DNA of 64,000 nucleotides from Macrostomum hystrix (taxonomy: Eukaryota > Animalia > Platyhelminthes): the NCBI GenBank assembly GCA_950097015.1, contig CATNEN010000039.1:18910001-18974000 (forward strand). The letters run 5' to 3'. The translations under genes were made by a program, and so were the position numbers. Below are positions 58,730 through 64,000 of the stretch, piece after piece; within the stretch, counting starts at the first letter, position 1; each line of letters opens with the position of its first letter. The notes beneath the pieces were generated by a model. That model was not told where the DNA came from. It ran no database searches and saw only the letters and a list, made by a program, of their open reading frames with translations.

Positions 58730-60482
58730 TAGCTAGAATCGAAGCCAGAACTGCAACTAGAATCACAGCAGGAACTGCAACTAGAATCGCAGCAGGAACT
58801 GCAACTAGAATCGCAGCAGGAACTGCAACTAGAATCGCAGCAGGGTCTTTAGCTAGAATCGCAGCAGGGTCTTTAGATAGAATCGCAGCAGGGACTTTAG
58901 CTAGAATCGCATCAGGACCAGTGACTAGAATCGCAGCAGGAACTGCAACTAGAATCGCAGCAGGAACTTTATCAAAAATCGCAGCAGGAACCGCAACTAG
59001 AATCGCAGCAGAAAATTTAGCTAGAATCGCAGCAGGAACTGCAACTAGAATCGCAGCAGGAACTTTATCTAGAATCGCAGCAGGAACTGCAACTAGAATC
59101 GCAGCAGGAACTTTATCAAAAATCGCAGCAGGAACTGCAACTAGAATCGCAGCAGGAACTTTATCTAGAATCGCAGCAGGAACTGCAACTAGATTCGCAG
59201 CAGGAACTGCAACTAGAATCGCAGCAGGAACTGCAACTAGAATCGCAGCAGGAACTTTAGCTAGAATCGCAGCAGGGTCTTTAGATAGAATCGCATCAGG
59301 AACCGCAACTAGAATCGCAGCAGGAACTTTAGTTAGAATCGCAGCAGGAACCGCAACTAGAATCGCAGCAGGAACTTTATCTAGAATCGCAGCAGGAACT
59401 GCAACTAGAATCGCAGCAGAAACTGCAACTAGAATCGCAGCAGGAACTGCAACTAGAATCGCAGCAGGAACTTTATCTAGAATCGCAGCAGAAACTGCAA
59501 CTAGAATCGCAGCAGGAACTGCAACTAGAATCACAGCAGGAACTGCAACTAGAATCGCAGCAGGAACTGCAACTAGAATCGCAGCAGGAACTTTATCTAG
59601 AATCGCAGCAGAAACTGCAACTAGAATCGCAGCAGGAACTGCAACTAGAATCACAGCAGGAACTGCAACTAGAATCGCAGCAGAAACTGCAACTAGAATC
59701 GCAGCAGGAACTGCAACTAGAATCACAGCAGGAACTGCAACTAGAATCGCAGCAGAAACTGCAACTAGAATCGCAGCAGAAACTGCAACTAGAATCGCTG
59801 CAGAAACTGCAACTAGAATCGCAGCAGGAACTGCAACTAGAATCGCAGCAGGAACTTTAGCTAGAATCGCAGCAGGGTCTTTAGCTAGAATCGCAGCAGG
59901 CACTTTAGCTAGAATCGCAGCAGGAACCGCAACTAGAATCGCAGCAGGAACCGCAACTAGAATCGCAGCAGGAACTTTATCTAGAATCGCAGCAGGAACC
60001 CTATCTAGAATCGCAGCAGGAATCGCAACTAAAATCGCATCAGGAACCGCAACTAGAATCGAAGCAAGAACTGCAACTAGAATCGCAGCAGGAACTTTAT
60101 CTAGAATCGCAGCAGGAACTTTATCTAGAATCGCAGCAGGAACTTTATCTAGAATCGCAGCAGGAATTGCAACTAGAATCGCATCAGGAACCGCAACTAG
60201 AATCGAAGCAAGAACTGCAACTAGAATCGCAGCAGGAACTTTATCTAGAATCGCAGCAGGAACCGCAACTATAAATAGAATCGCAGCAGGACTTTATCTA
60301 TAATCGCAGCAGGAACCGCAACTAGAATCGCATCAGGAACTGCAACTAGAATCGCAGCAGGAACTTTAGTTAGAATCGCAGCAGGAACTTTAGTTAGAAT
60401 CGCAGCAGGAACTTTAGATAGAATCGCATCAGGAACCGCAACTAGAATCGCAGCACGAACCGCAACTAGAATCGCAGCAGGA
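58730..60482. repeat. 24-bp minisatellite (GCAACTAGAATCGCAGCAGGAACT)
   Basis: Direct reading; explains the 599-aa and 471-aa ORFs. Confidence 0.96.
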
Positions 60483-61014
60483 ACAGTATGTCACATTGTA
60501 GTAGCTAGCTGCAGTAGAAAGCAATGCATTTTAGTCCAAACATTATCCAGTCCGCTGGTTATGCATTAAAGTAAAAAGTGCAGACCAAATAGATCTGTAA
60601 AAGATCGCATTAGGGACAGCAAGAGCCTAGGGGGAGGGTGGACATGGAAATCACAGATAATGGGCATGGCAACAGAAAACCATTTAGTGAAATCCCCATC
60701 TACACAGTCCATCTACAAAGCTGGGTGGGTGATTCACTTACACCTTGTCCGTTGCCGAATCCCCTAAATGTACCTCCGCCAGCAACATCTGACGAACAAT
60801 CGTCAAAAAAATTGACCTGGTCAGAGGATTGAAGACTATTGTCTCAAGGACAGATGGTCGCGTTCATTTCTTGTCGCATTTTTTCCTATTTTGCTGTTCA
60901 AACCGCCAGTGGTACGAGCTACAATCCCACATACTGATCCCAGATCACAATGTTTTTAATGATTAGCTAGAACAGTTTTATTTTTTCTACCTGCCATCTC
61001 CTATCTCCCATCCC

Positions 61015-62985
61015 AGCACTAGAATATCCCATCCTCTACCCTAGAATATCCCATCCTCTACCCTAGAATATCCCATCCTCTACCCTAGAATATCCCATCC
61101 TCTGCCCTAGAATATCCCATCCTCTGCCCTAGAATATCCTATCCTCTGCCCTAGAATATCCCATCCTCTGCCATAGAATATCCTATCCTCTGCCATAGAA
61201 TATCCCATCCTTTACTTTAGAATATCCCATACTTTACTTTAGAATATCCCATCCTTTACTTTAGAATATCCCATCCTTTACTTTAGAATATCCCATCATC
61301 TACCCTAGAATATCCCGTCCTCTACTCTAGTTTCTCCTATCCTCTACCCTAGCTTATCCTATCCTCTACCCTAGCTTATCCTATCCTCTACCCTAGTTTC
61401 TCCTATCCTCTACCCTAGCTTATCCTATCCTCTACCCTAGTTTCTCCTATCCTCTACTCTAGTTTATCCTATCCTCTACCCTAGTTTCTCCTATCCTCTA
61501 CCCTAGCTTATCCTATCCTCTACCCTAGTTTCTCCGATCCTCTACGCTAGTTTCTCCGATCCTCTACCCTAGCTTATCCTATCCTCTACCCTAGCTTATC
61601 CTATCCTCTACCCTAGTTTCTCCTATCCACTACCCTATTTTCTCCTATCCTCTACCCTATTGTCTCCTATCCTCTACCATAGCTTATCCTATCCTCTACG
61701 CTAGTTTCTCCTATCCTCTACCCTAGTTTCTCCTATCCTCTACCCTAGTTTCTCCTATCCTCTACGCTAGTTTCTCCTATCCTCTACCCTAGTTTATCGT
61801 ATCCTCTACCCTAGTTTCTCCTATCCTCTACCCTAGCTTATCCTATCCTCTACCCTAGTTTCTCCTATCCTCTACCCTAGTTTCTCCTATCCTCTACCCT
61901 AGTTTCTCCTATCCTCTACCCTAGTTTCTCCTATCCTCTACCCTAGTTTCTCCTATCCTCTACCCTAGTTTCTCCTATCCTCTACGCTAGTTTCTCCGAT
62001 CCTCTACCCTAGCTTATCCTATCCTCTACCCTAGTTTCTCCTATCCACTACCCTATTTTCTCCTATCCTCTACGCTAGTTTCTCCGATCCTCTACCCTAG
62101 CTTATCCTATCCTCTACCCTAGTTTCTCCTATCCTCTACCCTAGTTTCTCCTATCCTCTACTCTAGTTTTTCCTATCCTCTACGCTAGTTTCTCCTATCC
62201 TCTACCCTAGTTTATCGTATCCTCTACCCTAGTTTCTCCTATCCTCTACCCTAGTTTCTCCTACCCTCTACCCTAGCTTATCCTATCCTCTACCCTAGTT
62301 TCTCCTATCCTCTACCCTAGTTTCTCCTATCCTCTACCCTAGCTTATCCTATCCTCTACCCTAGTTTCTCCTATCCTCTACCCTAGTTTATCCTATCCTC
62401 TACGCTAGTTTCTCCGATCCTCTACGCTAGTTTCTCCGATCCTCTACCCTATTTTCTCCTATCCTCTACCATAGCTTATCCTATCCTCTACCCTAGTTTC
62501 TCCTATCCTCTACCCTAGTTTCTCCTATCCTCTACCCTAGTTTCTCCGATCCTCTACCCTAGTTTATCGTATCCTCTACCCTAGCTTATCCTATCCTCTA
62601 CCCTATTTTCTCCTATCCTCTACCCTAGTTTCTCCTATCCTCTACCCTAGTTTCTCCTATCCTCTACCCTAGTTTCTCCTATCCTCTACCCTAGTTTCTC
62701 CTATCCACTACCCTATTTTCTCCTATCCTCTACCCTATTTTCTCCTATCCTCTACCATAGCTTATCCTATCCTCTACCCTAGCTTATCCTATCCTCTACC
62801 CTAGTTTCTCCTATCCACTACCCTATTTTCTCCTATCCTCTACCCTAGCTTATCCTATCCTCTACCCTAGTTTCTCCTATCCACTACCCTATTTTCTCCT
62901 ATCCTCTACCATAGCTTATCCTATCCTCTACCCTAGTTTCTCCTATCCTCTACCCTAGTTTCTCCTATCTTCTACCCTAGCTTAC
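61015..62985. repeat. 22-bp minisatellite (CCCTAGAATATCCCATCCTCTA grading into CCCTAGTTTCTCCTATCCTCTA)
   Basis: Direct reading. Confidence 0.95.
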
Positions 62986-63524
62986 CTTTAATCTTCCTTA
63001 GGATCTCAAATAGTTCTGTAATCTCCCTAATTTCAGGTTTAAAATCTAGATATTATTTTAAGAAAAAATAATCATTTCAATAATAATATTCGAACTCTTA
63101 CGGTAAACTTACATAATATATTACAATTCTTATTAATGTGATATTAAGTAGCCGTCGCTGCCGACTGATAAAAAATCATTAATTGCAAAATTCTGTGTAA
63201 AACACAAACAGAAAATTATATATTTTGTCAGACCGATGTCCAATGCTTAAACAGTGTTTTATAAAATCAAGCTTGAATGGTACTGAAATTTCTTAGATAA
63301 CAACGACAGTTAAGCAAGCATATGCGTGAAGAAGAGAAATTGCAATGGAATTTATTGAAGATGTCACTGAATCAAATTGGGGTGATGCAAAGCTAATAAT
63401 TACAATAAAATTTAACTATTGTCTTCTCAGAACTTCCAAGGCAGTTCGTTGGATTCCCTCTGTTTACTGGAGTGGTGATTGAATCCATAGTAGATTGGGA
63501 ATGGGAACTCCATCTGTAGACCCG

Positions 63525-64000
63525 AACCACAGACCGGGAATTCCCATTAGTAGATAACCACAGACCGGGAATTCCTTCGTAGATAACTATATACTGGGAA
63601 TTCCCTTCGTAGATAACCATATACTGGGAATTCCCTTCGTGGATAACCACAGACTAGAGATTCCCTTCGTAGATAACCACCGACCGGGAATTCCATTCGT
63701 GGATAACCACAGACTAGAGATTCCCTTCGTAGATAACGACAGACTGGGAATTCCCTCTGTAGATAACCACAGACCGGGAATTCCCTTCGTAGATAACCAT
63801 ATACTTGGAATTCCCTTCGTAGATAACCATATACTGGGAATTCCCTTCGTAGATAACCATACACTGGGAATTCCATTCTTAGATAACCATATACTGGGAA
63901 TTCCCTTCGTAGATAACCACCGACCGGGAATTCCCTTCGTGGACAACCACAGACTAGAGATTCCCTTCGTGGATAACCACAGACCGGGAATTCCCTCTGT
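63525..64000. repeat. 30-bp minisatellite with GGGAATTCCC palindrome
   Basis: GGGAATTCCCTTCGTAGATAACCATATACT units running to the window end. Confidence 0.93.

Noticed and set aside
58488-60303. 599-aa RIAAGTAT and 471-aa VPAAILVA antifreeze- or mucin-like ORFs
   Set aside because: 24-bp minisatellite open on both strands; the array continues past the stop codon.

Overview
Eukaryotic, animal-type genomic DNA with GT-AG introns, GC-rich exons in an AT-rich background and roughly a third of the window in 15-57 bp minisatellites. That texture resembles the free-living flatworm Macrostomum (inference only). Gene models built by hand from splice sites and reading frames: a two-exon SAXO/MIP-like protein; an intronless, divergent ERR-like nuclear receptor with an altered P-box; an actin with a triple-CArG promoter plus an inverted, partly gene-converted actin pseudogene; a same-strand run of G-protein gamma, ARMC1 (no ATG in its first coding exon), an F-box/LRR protein and CCDC28; a frameshifted secreted PAN-like/LamG-like gene; DYNLT5/TCTEX1D1; a divergent PUR-repeat protein; and a four-exon secreted clan-CD (C13/legumain-fold) protein that has lost both catalytic residues and resembles prokaryotic C13 peptidases. 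Mobile DNA: an intact, very young 4,427-bp Mag-type Ty3/Gypsy LTR retrotransposon whose single ORF starts at the LTR/PBS junction and stops on the first bases of the 3' LTR; four MITE copies (three with target-site duplications); a Tc1 relic; and several tRNA-derived SINEs. Most long ORFs in the supplied track are minisatellite artefacts. All family assignments come from remembered motifs; no database search was run.
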